From: Tetramitus jugosus
Taxonomy: Eukaryota > Protista > Heterolobosea
Direction: 5' to 3'
DNA length: 64,000 bases
Assembly: GCA_937625935.1 (NCBI GenBank)
Contig: OW569344.1
Coordinates: forward strand, 1-64,000
Below, in pieces: positions 22,544 through 34,432 of this stretch. The notes under the pieces are model-generated. The model had not been told where the DNA came from. It made no database searches and saw only the letters and a list, made by a program, of their open reading frames with translations. Every line of letters begins with the position of its first letter. Position 1 is the stretch's first letter. The translations under genes and the position numbers were made by a program.

Positions 22544-24118
22544 ATGGGCAACAATAAATCCAAGATACAGCAACCAGTTCCCATTCAATTCCAAATATCG
22601 TGTGAGCCGCGTTGTGACCTCAGTGACCACGATGATTTTGTTGACATCAACTTGAATGCCGATAATAACTGCAACACTGATGGTGATGGTTCGCCCCGGC
22701 TGGTCGTGTCATCCAATATGAAAAATCATAATCGTGACTGTGACCTCGAAGGTCTCGAAGAGTACGCTCTCGTACATAAGATCACTTCGATGGTGGAAGA
22801 AAACTCGTCGTACATTGATGAAGATTCCTTTGTGTTCGTGTATGCACCAATGAACCTTCGCCTGATCCAATCACCTGCTGCCCTTCAAAATATTTTCCTG
22901 TTTTGTGGTCTCAGGGATATATCTGTGATCAGTTGTGTGTGTCGATATTGGAATCAAGTATGCTCTTATCGGTCTGAATCCCTGTGGTTAGAGTTGGCAA
23001 AGCAGAACATTATGGATCTGGATTGGTTTAAGACGGTGCCTGAATTGTTTCGAATGTTGTCTGTTTGTGATGATGCACTATCGAACGACGGAAGTGACGA
23101 GCTTGGCTCTGAATCAAGGACGATCATTGAGAAGACTCGTGTCAAGTATGAACTTCTCATGTCAAATCACTTCCAAAATGTCATGACTTGGAGACAAAAG
23201 GTGTTCAGGTACACGTGCTGGAACTGGGGTCGAGTGAAAGAACGATATGTCCCTATATCCCATCACTCCATGTACAATATTCTATCATCTACTGAGATGT
23301 GTCCCATGAAGGTTTTAATCTTAGGAAATTCCAATCTAGGCAAGTCTGCACTAAGAACTTTCTTCTTCTATCCGGACTACTCGATATTCAGTTCGAGTGA
23401 TCCAAGTTTCTTTCCCTATCAGCCAACAATGGAATGTGACATTGACACCAAGATTATCAGTTTACCCATAATGAACTACGAGGGAACGTGCTCAGAGTTT
23501 TGCGTCAACATGCAAGTCTGGGATTGTGCTGGTGTCAGTCATGAGGAATTACCAAATTTAAGTTCGAAACCTCAACTGACATCCTATCTCAAGGGAGCTG
23601 ATGCCATCATACTGTGCTATGATGCAACAAATGCTGATTCATTCAACGATTTGGAGTATTGGGATTCGTTTATTCAGAAGCAATGCGAACACAATCATAT
23701 GGTTCCTGTGATTCTTACGGCACTGAAATGTGATACCGACACCATTGGCAGGAAGGCAAGAGTTGTTTCTCGGAACAAGGGCCAATTGCATGCAATGAAG
23801 CGTGGATATGCCTATGTAGAAACAAGTGCAAAATGTGACACAGAAACAACATGTTTACCTTTCCAACTGGCAGCCTTCTTTTGTCAGAGAGCCTCCTCCA
23901 TGTTGCAGACATTCCAGAGAGAAGAAACGACGCTGATGCCCCAGGTCACAGTTGCAGAACATGAGGAACTATTTGACGATGATGACAGCTCGTTGGACAC
24001 TGTTGTCGGTTCTATTGGTTCTCCTATGACGAACATGGATGACTCCTTCCTGGATACACGCTCAGCCCTTGCTGTCGAGCTACCTTTGCTGTTCGGAGGA
24101 TTTTTCCCGCCAAAATAA
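22544..24118 (+). CDS. F-box plus Rab/Ras-like small GTPase fusion protein
   Basis: MGNNKS myristoylation-like start; F-box-like LQNIFLFC..RDI..ISCVCRYWN; G motifs GNSNLGKS, PT, WDCAG, LKCD and ETSAK. Confidence 0.85.
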   Translation: MGNNKSKIQQPVPIQFQISCEPRCDLSDHDDFVDINLNADNNCNTDGDGSPRLVVSSNMKNHNRDCDLEGLEEYALVHKITSMVEENSSYIDEDSFVFVYAPMNLRLIQSPAALQNIFLFCGLRDISVISCVCRYWNQVCSYRSESLWLELAKQNIMDLDWFKTVPELFRMLSVCDDALSNDGSDELGSESRTIIEKTRVKYELLMSNHFQNVMTWRQKVFRYTCWNWGRVKERYVPISHHSMYNILSSTEMCPMKVLILGNSNLGKSALRTFFFYPDYSIFSSSDPSFFPYQPTMECDIDTKIISLPIMNYEGTCSEFCVNMQVWDCAGVSHEELPNLSSKPQLTSYLKGADAIILCYDATNADSFNDLEYWDSFIQKQCEHNHMVPVILTALKCDTDTIGRKARVVSRNKGQLHAMKRGYAYVETSAKCDTETTCLPFQLAAFFCQRASSMLQTFQREETTLMPQVTVAEHEELFDDDDSSLDTVVGSIGSPMTNMDDSFLDTRSALAVELPLLFGGFFPPK

Positions 24119-24163
24119 AAACAAAAAACGCTTTGTATTTGTTCAAACGCAAAACAGAAAATC

Positions 24164-26435
24164 ATGTCTGAGCCAACAACAAGCATCACTTACAGTGACA
24201 TGACGATGAACAACAATACGATGCCTGACCAAACAACAACCCAACAAACCAACAATCTTACGGAGACACAAGATGATGATCAAACCATGACACCCAGAAG
24301 AAGCAGTAGAAGAAAAAAGGCGCCAAAAATGCTCGGTAGTCCCAACCACAATGACAACATTGATGAACTACAACATTATCACACCAACAAGAATGCTAGT
24401 CATCGAAGTGTGCCTCACTCTGTTGAATCATCAAGCACAGGTTCTTCACTCACAAACACTAATCATTACAATAACAGCATTAGCATTAACATCAACAATA
24501 CGATCAATCCAGATGAAGAATCAACGACTCAAATCACGTCATCAGCCAAAGAACGTTTTGTAAGTTCGAGAGGCAGAGGACGATCGAAAGCAAACGCTTC
24601 TAATGCATCGAATCGACGCTCTAGAAAACAAAAGATTGTTCTTGATGCGTTGCCGATTGATGCTGCAAAGTCATTTGTCAATAGTGGACCACAACCGGAT
24701 GTACCTGATATTCATCTCATGTCTCCAAACTCGAAACAGGCCTATGAGAAGAATAAGAGGTTGCCAATGAAACTGAGAGGAAAAGGAACTCGTATGTATC
24801 TCATCTACAAATTGTTCCACCATCTATGAATCAACGACATGTTCATTGTAATTGTGTTTGTATTTGTTTGGTTGTTTGTTACAAAAAACAGATGGAAATA
24901 TCACCAAGAAGGTGGGAGTTCAAGTTCTGGAGGGATTTGCTTCACCAGAGCATATCGAACACATGCAAAGCACAGGTCACCAGTTTAGTAGAATATTGAC
25001 AACTCAAGCCAGAAGATTTTGTGTGTACGAGTGGTTTTATCCAACGATTGAACAACCTTTTTGGAGCAGAAATGACTTTATTCATGCCCTACAGGATCTT
25101 AGACTCGATTATGCAGTGTATGGTCGCATAACAAAGAGTCATCTTGGCTTTATTCGCAGCAAAATATCGGCAAACTACAAGATACGGCGTTTCTCTCGTG
25201 CTTTTCTACGCGATGAATTAGCAGTACTCAAACAATATCAGAATGCAGCGCGATCATTCAACAGTGGAACATGCTCTAGTGAGGATGAAGAGATTTTGCA
25301 AATTTATGATTCGGTGGCCCCTCGTTTGTCCACTAGAGATAGAGTATGTGTGCTAGATACGGAAACTTATCACACATACCCTGCTACCATCCAATCTGTC
25401 GAGCAGAATTCATATTTTGTAGATTTTGATGATGACAGTATTGCTAGTAGATCAGTGCCAGATACGATCGTCATGTTTTTGGGTACGATTGAACCTGTTC
25501 GAGTGAATAAGAGGCCATACAGTTCTGTGGAAGGGTCCACTGAACCTGGCTCTCCACGCACTCCCCAGGCCAAGAAAACAAAAATGATGGACATCAATCA
25601 ACCAGGTTGCTCACCAATCATGGGTTCATCTCCAAATCACACGATCTCAACACCTGGTGCCACACATTTATTACAATCTCCTCCTCGCACAAAACGTCAT
25701 TCCCCAACTCCAATGACTCCAACAACAACAAGGAATATGCAACATGGTGAGATGGATACTGCAAGAATAGCACACTACATTTACAACATCAATTTCAAGA
25801 GTGCTCTTGTACAACAGCTAGCTGAGATCAATTCTGAAACGAGTTCACTCGTAATGCAGGGACGAAGTTCGCTACCAGGCGTTCTGGGTCAGAGATGTGC
25901 CTTTTTATTTGTACAGTTAAAGAAGGTGAATAGCCAATTGGAGAAGTTGGAGAAAGACCTGGAACAGATATTCTATCGACCTCGTTCAAGACCTTTCGAA
26001 ACTCCACGATCATCCCTTCAAAGTTTATTCCAGGAGGATGTCATATTTGCAAAGGAGCATGTGGCAAAGGTGAGTCATCAAGTTATGCTCGATTTAATTC
26101 GCGATGTGACCAACAAGCCCCTGCCTGTGTCGCATCAATCAGGAGTTCAGCACCAAATTGCCACTCTGTCTCTCCATGAAAAGTACGAGGCGTTCCACAA
26201 GCGTATTGAAAAGAAGGTTAGGGATTGTGTTGCCTTCCTGTATCACCTGCGCACATGTGTCATCAATGATTCTTCTCTTTCTCAGAAAGAGATTGAGTTG
26301 ACGCTCAATGCTGCTACCATGGCTTTAAAAACTGACTCACAAGAAGCATCATCTCTGGCAATCTATCAGGAGATCCAATCCTACATTAACATATTGTTGA
26401 GCCAACAATACACGCCCGCAGCCCAGCAACAATAA
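24164..26435 (+). CDS. LIN9: LIN-9/ALY family protein (DIRP plus Tudor-like domain; DREAM/MuvB complex), 2 exons
   Basis: RRFCVYEWFYPTIEQPFW..NDF and IRRFSRAFL.DE...L..Y; Tudor-like Y.VDFD...VPD; in-frame intron 24792-24891. Confidence 0.85.
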
Positions 26436-26462
26436 AAAAAAAACAAAGCACAGCAACATCCA

Positions 26463-28286
26463 ATGACGAGCCATAAAAAGTTGATCAACGACAAAGACAG
26501 TGTCGTCATGGACTCCCTGATGGGATTAGTGGCTGCACATACTCACTTGCGTTTATTGCGTGATAATGATACCATTCTGCCTGTTGTTGTAAGGAGTGAT
26601 TTATCCCAAATCAAGCACCAACAGATCACACTGATCTCTGGAGGAGGAAGTGGTCATGAACCGGCTCATGTTGGCTATGTAGGTGATGGTATGCTCTCAG
26701 CAGCGATATGTGGTCACATTTTCACTTCACCAGATGTTGACACGATATTGACAACCATTAGAGCATGCACTGTCGCATTGCCCAAAAATTCAATTCATGA
26801 AAATAAGGTTGGATGCTTGTTGATTGTGAAAAATTATACTGGAGACAGATTAAACTTTGGTTTGGCAGCCGAGTTGGCCAGAGCAGAAGGTTTCAACGTA
26901 GAGATGGTAATCGTTGGAGATGATTGTGCAGTTTCTCAAACAGTGGATCCATCTCTGAAGAACGATCGAGATTTGCGACGAGGAATAGCTGGTACTTGCT
27001 TTATCCATAAATTGGTCGGTGCGTATGTGAGCAAGCACAAAGGGTGCAGTTTAAGTCAAGTGAAGCAATTTGCAGAGGACGAGTGCAATAGAGTATCATC
27101 AATTGGTATCGGTCTTAGCGCTTGTATCATACCAGGAAACGAGTCTTCTTCATTCGATCTTCCCTCTACTAAAGTGGAGTTTGGTCTGGGAATCCACGGC
27201 GAAAAGGGTGTATTGCAGGACGATATCGCTTCTGCTGACCGAACAGCAGAGATATTACTTGATTATGTTATTCACGATATGAAAGAGACAACTTCGAAAC
27301 AAGTTGCTCTATTGATCAACAATTTAGGAGCCACCACGAACTTGGAGATGTACATTGTTTGTAGAAAGGTTATGCAGTTGCTCGAAGAACAATATTCTTT
27401 CCAGGTCGAAAGAGTTTACGTTGGTCATTTCATGACAGCTTTGGATATGAGTGGTGTGTCCTTGTCAGTGCTGTCCTTGGAGGGAGATCAGCATATTCAA
27501 CTGCTCGATGAACCCACAAATTGTTTGGCATGGCCAAAGAACAATAGCGCAGTTATTGGGAAACGATTTGATGACTCTGCTCTCTTTATTGAACATACAG
27601 CCCAATGTTCTTCCAGCTCACCTATCTCAGACCACTCTGATCAATCAACCTACCAAGTAACAACAACACTCGTAGAGAGAATACGATCTACATGTAGATC
27701 CATCATTGAACACGAGTCTATCTTAACGGAAATGGATGCCCAGACTGGAGACGGAGACATGGGTATGAGTTTCAAACGTGGAGCAAACAACATCCTACAC
27801 ATGTTAGATTCAATCGACACTACCAATGATCATATGACAGTATCTGTCCTTCTGGCAAGAATTAGCAAATGCGTACGAGGAATGGGTGGAAGCTCTGGAG
27901 TGCTCTTGTCTATTTTGTTCTCTAGAATGTCATTTTCTTTCGAGCATGACTCTGCCCAATCACTGGAGGAAAGTTGGATTTTGGCACTCGGTCAGGGAGT
28001 TGAGGCCGTTTCTCAAGTGGGAGGCGCCAAGGTTGGTGACAAGACAATGATGGACGTACTGATTCCTGTTCACCAATATTTGTTGGAGCACTCTGATGAA
28101 ATGACTACAAATGATGAGCTGTACTTACAATTAGTTCAGGTGTCTCAAAAAGCAATGCAGAATACGAAGGATATGGTTGGCAGGAAAGGAAGATCAGCCT
28201 ATTTGTCTAAAAGAGTGGTCGGTCATGTAGATCCAGGTGCCTATGCGATGACACTCATTATCGAAGCCCTATCGTCAAGAAAATGA
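26463..28286 (+). CDS. DAK1: Dihydroxyacetone kinase / triokinase (DhaK-DhaL fusion)
   Basis: SGGGSGHEPAH, KNYTGDRLNFG, GLGIHGE, GDGDMG, GDKTMMD, GRSAY and DPGA. Confidence 0.96.
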   Translation: MTSHKKLINDKDSVVMDSLMGLVAAHTHLRLLRDNDTILPVVVRSDLSQIKHQQITLISGGGSGHEPAHVGYVGDGMLSAAICGHIFTSPDVDTILTTIRACTVALPKNSIHENKVGCLLIVKNYTGDRLNFGLAAELARAEGFNVEMVIVGDDCAVSQTVDPSLKNDRDLRRGIAGTCFIHKLVGAYVSKHKGCSLSQVKQFAEDECNRVSSIGIGLSACIIPGNESSSFDLPSTKVEFGLGIHGEKGVLQDDIASADRTAEILLDYVIHDMKETTSKQVALLINNLGATTNLEMYIVCRKVMQLLEEQYSFQVERVYVGHFMTALDMSGVSLSVLSLEGDQHIQLLDEPTNCLAWPKNNSAVIGKRFDDSALFIEHTAQCSSSSPISDHSDQSTYQVTTTLVERIRSTCRSIIEHESILTEMDAQTGDGDMGMSFKRGANNILHMLDSIDTTNDHMTVSVLLARISKCVRGMGGSSGVLLSILFSRMSFSFEHDSAQSLEESWILALGQGVEAVSQVGGAKVGDKTMMDVLIPVHQYLLEHSDEMTTNDELYLQLVQVSQKAMQNTKDMVGRKGRSAYLSKRVVGHVDPGAYAMTLIIEALSSRK

Positions 28287-28575
28287 ATTGCTGCATACCT
28301 AGGTTCACCAAAACTTTTCCAGATCGTCAAACAGTTCCCGCAATCGTTTGGTATTATTTGTTTTCACGTGATCCAAAAATTTAACCTAAATAAGATGGGG
28401 ACTATTTTCGGCAACAAGTATGAATACATTTTTGAGCGTTCGTCCCATGAAATACACGAATTCATTCCATGAACAACAAAAGAAAACAGTCTGAAATTAT
28501 CATTCTTCAACGAGGAAGATTGAAAACCATATCTGAGCACCAGTTCAAACAAAACACACCATCTGACAAACTGAA

Positions 28576-31500
28576 ATGAGTGGTGAACCACCCAACAATA
28601 TAGTTCCACTAACACCCAAACCGGGTTCAACTCCAACCACGCAAGGTGGTGAACAACAACTTGAGTTGTACATTGATGACCACCATAAACAATTTTGGAA
28701 CAGTTACACAGAGAATAACACCAATGACGACAACAGCCATAACAACAATTCGAATAATGGCGTTGGAAGACCAATGAAAAGATCCAATTCTGCTCAAAAC
28801 TTCCTTTCCAAAGCAATGAAAACAAACTCGCTTGCAACAAGACGGAAGAATAGGCGATTATCTGATTTGTTCAGGGGTGATGATGGCGCACCTCCGTCAA
28901 TGCCCATTTCGCCTCACTTTACAAAAACTTTTGAGTTTGGAAAACCGACAACTCTCGTTTATAATCCACAAAAGAAGCCCTGTGATCCAAAGACGAACGA
29001 AGATGAACAAGATTGTGAATCTAAGAAAGAGCAACAAAAGGAAACTTCAAGCCTACCTCAATCCCCGCACATGCACCCACTCTTTCTATGCTTTCGGGAT
29101 CACAAATTCGAAAACAAATTTATGAAAGAGTTCTACTTTGGAGAATCTGCTTACAGTTGGAGAATAACGATAGTATTTTTTCTGGCTTCGTTGTGGTATT
29201 CGATATTTACATACATGAGCTTTCGCTCAGGAAAAGATACGAGAGCGACACATATTGATTTCTACATTGCGATTTTGTACTTTATTGCTTGCATTGGAAG
29301 CTACTTAATGTGCTTCGTAGAGGAGTTGAAGAGAACAATACAACGCAGACGAACACTTCGAAACACGGGAAGTAATACTGTGAAAAAGAAGAATAATCGT
29401 GTTCACTTGAGATCCGTACAAAACATTGAAAGATTAATACTAGTGATTCTCTGTCTGACCTTCTCCTTCACAATGATGAAAAAGGGTGATTGCGTCCTGA
29501 ATAGCTCATCTCTAGATGTATCAACCTACCTCCACATATGGACCAGTTTATCTCTCTTGCGTCCTCGATTCATTTTTCAACTCGTACTGACTGCCTATGT
29601 CATAGTATCCTGGATTACTTTCGCGACTGCCTTGTTTCCATTTTGGAATCTGTGCACTCTTAACATGGGGAGGATGTGTATTCACTTCATTTCCCTTGTT
29701 CTTCTGATGGGATACTTCCTGATGGATTCATATGGGCTCGAGAGGTTGACACGGCGGCGATTTGTCTCGACACGAAAGGAATGGCTCGAGCACATGTTGT
29801 TGGAAGCTGAGAAGAAGAAGTCACAGACATTACTTCATAACATATTGCCCAAGGCATTGATTCCTGATTTGAAGAAGAAAAAGTTACGTTATTTAGCTTC
29901 TCCAACTCATACCCTACCGGATCTGAATGACATTGTTCCCGTAGTTCAGCTATATGATCATGTTTCGGTTCTGTTGAGTGATATTGAAAATTTTACCGAG
30001 TTTTCGAGTTCTCATTCAGCCGAAGATGTATTGCTGATTCTCAATATTCAATTCTCATACTTTGATGTTGTTTGTAAGAAGTTGAAGATTGAAAAAGTGA
30101 AGACGATCGGTGATGCATTCCTTGCTGTTGGAGGACTAGATGCCAAATCAAAACAACAATGTGATGAGCGTCTCAGCAGATTGTTGACGATGGGATGCGG
30201 CTTCTTGAGAATCATTGACCTGCTCAATCGTAAGTATCATTGGAATTTTCACGTAAGAATCGGAGTTGCCTATGGAGAAGTCATTGCAACAGTGTTAGGT
30301 CGAGAATTATTGACCTTTGACTGTTTCGGGAAAGCCATAGATGAAGCTACATATATGGAGAGGCATGCCAAGAGAGACTCAATACTAACCTCACGACAAG
30401 TGTACGATGTGGCAAAAGACAAGTTTGCATTTGAATGCATTGAATCTGGATTAGATGGAGATGATCCCACGGAGGTTTATATTTTGCACGCAATGAACGA
30501 AGATGAAAGGATCACCGATGTCATCTTAGACGACACCTTGCACGACATGGTCGAAACAATCATTGAACAACAATGTAAGTCTGCCTCAGATGTGATAACC
30601 GTGAGACATGCTAGACTAGATTTGGACACACCAACCTCGATCATCCAACCTTTTTCAAACATACTGGAAAGGAGTTCTGATGTGTTCGACCAATCTACCA
30701 TCAAAACTTCAACTGATGGATCCAAGGATGGAGAGAGACAAATACCAAGCATCGGTCATTTCTCTCAATCACCTCTGTTTCAGTCTGGTTTCGTTCAGTA
30801 CACACTGGGGGCAGAGGAAAGTCCGAGCTGTCCGGTTAGCTGTACATTCCCGTCTGCCATCAATCTACGAAAAATACCAGTATCCATACCCTTCTTTCGC
30901 TCCAAATCAGAGGATAGAAAATCTCTTCTTGAAAATTACAAGACCCTAAGAACGAGCACGTCAACTTATTTGCTATCGCAACTACTATTGGATTTGTTGT
31001 TCATATGTGTGCCACTGTGTCTAGGGAACGCTGATATTTTGAGAACTAGTTCACCGATGAAAGTGCATATTCTATCCACTGCGATACATCTGACATGCTT
31101 CATTTTGGTTAGGTTCACACGTTGTTATGACAAAAGTTTTATATGCGGAGTGATGATGTCTCTGATATCTCTAAGTTCGGCCATCATTAGCACCTTTTAT
31201 TTTACAGCAGACAACTACACGAGGAGAGAAATATTTCCGACAGCCGTAGCAACATTGATGCATATTCTGATTGCCCCACCTAATCTTGGATTTCATTTCA
31301 AAGTGAAACTAATGATCTTCATGCTGGGGTTGTGCCATTTGGTCGTATTCTATTCTAGTGAACCTCCAGATGAGGTGTTGACTTGTGTTTATGCATCGGC
31401 TTTATGTGGTCTAATTACCAACTATATCAAGAAATTGTCCATGAGGCTAATGGTTATACTAAAATCAATGACAGAGAAGTCAAAACAAAGCTTGAGAGCA

Positions 31501-32205
31501 GAGAAACAAATGAATGATAACTTGATATTATCTGTTTTGTTGGAGTCAACAGTCGAACGAATCAGACAAGGGGAAATTAATATCTTTGACAACATTAGTG
31601 ATTGCTCCGTCTGCTTCATTAAAATCGAGGGAATGAAGAATTTAATTGAAACTACCGCTAACCTGGACAACCATGAGAATTTGATTGAATTAGTGGCCTT
31701 TCTGGATCTGATGGTACAAACATTTGATGGCCGCCTTCCTCCTTATTCATGTGAAAAGATCAAGAGTGCAAACGATGTGTACATGGCCGTGTGTGGAATC
31801 TCTTATGAGGTTGTTAAACACACTGAACAACTACTTTTGTTTATATTCGATGTTATCGAACAATTCCAGCACATATGTGACAAGAATAAGAGAATACTTC
31901 GTGGATGTAACTTGGGTTTGAAAATTGGGTTACATTCAGGTCCTGTAAGTGGCGGAGTACTAGGTTATCATCGATTTCTGTACGATATCTTTGGAGATAC
32001 GGTCAACTGTTCAGCGAGAGCTTGCTCGACGTCAGCACGCCTCGACCAGGTTCAAATGGCAGAGGAAGTATTCAAGAGAGTAAAGCACTCCCTTTCAGAG
32101 TACGAGCTAACATATGATGTACGAGGACCAGTCCAAGTCAAAGGAAAGGGAATGCTAAACATGTATTACGTTCGAACGGCGCTCCAAACAACATCACAAG
32201 CCTGA
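28576..32205 (+). CDS. Membrane class III adenylyl cyclase (TM-C1-TM-C2)
   Basis: LLHNILP, SDIENFT, EKVKTIGDAF; second domain EKIKSAND, GLHSGPV.GGVLG, YDIFGDTVN.SAR, VKGKG; two hydrophobic multi-TM blocks. Confidence 0.92.
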   Translation: MSGEPPNNIVPLTPKPGSTPTTQGGEQQLELYIDDHHKQFWNSYTENNTNDDNSHNNNSNNGVGRPMKRSNSAQNFLSKAMKTNSLATRRKNRRLSDLFRGDDGAPPSMPISPHFTKTFEFGKPTTLVYNPQKKPCDPKTNEDEQDCESKKEQQKETSSLPQSPHMHPLFLCFRDHKFENKFMKEFYFGESAYSWRITIVFFLASLWYSIFTYMSFRSGKDTRATHIDFYIAILYFIACIGSYLMCFVEELKRTIQRRRTLRNTGSNTVKKKNNRVHLRSVQNIERLILVILCLTFSFTMMKKGDCVLNSSSLDVSTYLHIWTSLSLLRPRFIFQLVLTAYVIVSWITFATALFPFWNLCTLNMGRMCIHFISLVLLMGYFLMDSYGLERLTRRRFVSTRKEWLEHMLLEAEKKKSQTLLHNILPKALIPDLKKKKLRYLASPTHTLPDLNDIVPVVQLYDHVSVLLSDIENFTEFSSSHSAEDVLLILNIQFSYFDVVCKKLKIEKVKTIGDAFLAVGGLDAKSKQQCDERLSRLLTMGCGFLRIIDLLNRKYHWNFHVRIGVAYGEVIATVLGRELLTFDCFGKAIDEATYMERHAKRDSILTSRQVYDVAKDKFAFECIESGLDGDDPTEVYILHAMNEDERITDVILDDTLHDMVETIIEQQCKSASDVITVRHARLDLDTPTSIIQPFSNILERSSDVFDQSTIKTSTDGSKDGERQIPSIGHFSQSPLFQSGFVQYTLGAEESPSCPVSCTFPSAINLRKIPVSIPFFRSKSEDRKSLLENYKTLRTSTSTYLLSQLLLDLLFICVPLCLGNADILRTSSPMKVHILSTAIHLTCFILVRFTRCYDKSFICGVMMSLISLSSAIISTFYFTADNYTRREIFPTAVATLMHILIAPPNLGFHFKVKLMIFMLGLCHLVVFYSSEPPDEVLTCVYASALCGLITNYIKKLSMRLMVILKSMTEKSKQSLRAEKQMNDNLILSVLLESTVERIRQGEINIFDNISDCSVCFIKIEGMKNLIETTANLDNHENLIELVAFLDLMVQTFDGRLPPYSCEKIKSANDVYMAVCGISYEVVKHTEQLLLFIFDVIEQFQHICDKNKRILRGCNLGLKIGLHSGPVSGGVLGYHRFLYDIFGDTVNCSARACSTSARLDQVQMAEEVFKRVKHSLSEYELTYDVRGPVQVKGKGMLNMYYVRTALQTTSQA

Positions 32206-32316
32206 GGTGAGCGAATCACAAGTCAAACAAAACACGTTGTCCAAAAATAAAATTCTTCCTTGCTTTCTGTTCCACTTAACAAGAGGAAAGAAACAACAAT
32301 AACACCAGAAAAGAAA

Positions 32317-34417
32317 ATGATGAACACCAACAACAACAGCAACACAAATGAAGTTCATGCATTAACAATCTCAACCACACATTCACCAACAACGGCACCG
32401 GATCATCATCATCACCACGATCACACATCACCAATTATCAACCAAGCTCAACAACCACAAACAACTCATCACAACCATAATCATCATCATCACGATCACA
32501 CATGTAAACATCATCATCATCATGACCATAACGACCACGATCACCATCATCACCATGATGATGATGAACTATCACTGTTTTCCATGATACAATTCATACG
32601 ACAAGACATTATTCCATTCTTTTCTCGGAAAAAACTTGTCAAATGGAGAAGAGAACTGTGGTCCTATCATCAACTACGATCACTCTACATTTACTCTATT
32701 GTACTATTATTGTTTACACTGATTGAATTCATGGTTGTGTTTTTCAAGGGCAGCAATAGTAGTGCATCATCAATGACTGTACTGTTTTGTGCGATTCATA
32801 GCTTACATCACTGGTTTCACTACACGATTCAAATCATTGTCTCTATTATGAAACGAAAAAATCTCTTTCAATCACCCAATAGCAATAACAACAACAACAA
32901 CAATAATAATAACAATAGTCATACTACTAGTGATGTTGATAGTAGTGTCATTCATATTCCATCGTCATCATCATCATCTCAGAAGCAAGAGAAACTACAA
33001 CAACAAGCTTATTCATATGGTTATGGTAGAATGGAAGTGATTCTTCACTTTTCAAATTGTGTGTTTGCACTGTTTGCTGCATGTGCCATTTGCACCGAGA
33101 GTATTCATTCGTTAGCAGAGACTTATGAAGATCATCATCATCATCACAACAATATCAATAACAATAATAACAACAATATGAATAATAATCAAGTAATAGT
33201 AGTGAACAATCATACGGGTTTCTTATCAATGATTGCTCTCATTGGATTTTTCATTAATTTCATTGGAGTGTACATGTTTAATACGAAATATAACAGTGCC
33301 AGTGCTTCCTCTAGTGGCACAACGAGTGTTGTTGCGAGAGATAACAACAGTAGTAGTAGTGCTAGTAGTAGTAGTGTGTTTGGACATCGATCTCCATTTG
33401 CATCTCCATTGTCATCAGTTGCCGCTTCTGGAGCTGCTACTGTTGCAAATGCTGTTACAGCTTCTCCGTATCATTCTCTAATGTCACCATCATCACATAA
33501 TCATGCGTATCAACATTATCATCACTCGGTTCCGTTGCTCAAGTCATCGCATCAATCAAACAGTTGGATCAATCGAACATGTATGATATTTCTTAATTCA
33601 TTTTTAATTTTTGTAAGGAAATGAATGATGCTAACTTGTTCAATTAGTGACATGGATTCAAATCTGGATACACAAGCAACGTTTGTTTATTATTGAATGC
33701 ACTCGAGAGGCTTATGCTCATGTCGCTCTATTGTTTGCATTGGTGCTGTTGCCTTCTGCAGCTCTCACTGTTTATTTTGATGTGCTCAGTACGTTTGTGT
33801 TGAGCGGAATGCTCATCTATTATACCTGGCCTACGATTGAAAGAGCCGCTAGAGTTCTCCTGCAGACAACTCCCGATCGATTCAAAGCATCTTTGAACAA
33901 GTGCGTGCGTGAGGCCAGTTTTGTGGAGGGTGTGTTGGAATGTTATGGGGAGCATTTCTGGTCTATTGGCATGGGACCAAACTCGAGTGTGATCGGCACG
34001 GTCAAGGTTCGCATCTCCAATGAAGCGAACGAACAAGTGGTCCTTCAAGGTGTGAAACAAGTTTTTCAACAGAGATCCTTCATCTCAAACCTGACGATTC
34101 AAGTTGAAAAGGATAACAGGATAAGCAGAGCAGCAACACCGCACTTTGGTGGTATTTCTCCCGTTTATGGATTGAATATTGCTGACCTATCGTTCCCAAT
34201 GCCTGCCTCGATGGTTACGGATCATTCAACAAATCTGCCACCAAAACTGAGTGCTGTAGTTCACCAGCACAGCACAGAGGAAGAAGACATCCAGATCAAT
34301 ATTCCAACCAGAGAAGCGCTATCTCCAAGTACTCTTGTTTCTCGAGTCAGTCACGCACCGATATCAAGTGTCGATCCAAGCGAGCACTCGAGAGATAACT
34401 CTGAAAAAACTGAATAA
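32317..34417 (+). CDS. Cation diffusion facilitator (ZnT/MTP-like), His-rich, 2 exons
   Basis: YSYGYGRMEVI..FSN, VLLQTTP, EGVLE....HFW and LTIQVEK; His tracts; in-frame intron 33581-33647. Confidence 0.85.
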
Positions 34418-34432
34418 ATAACTTATTTCATT

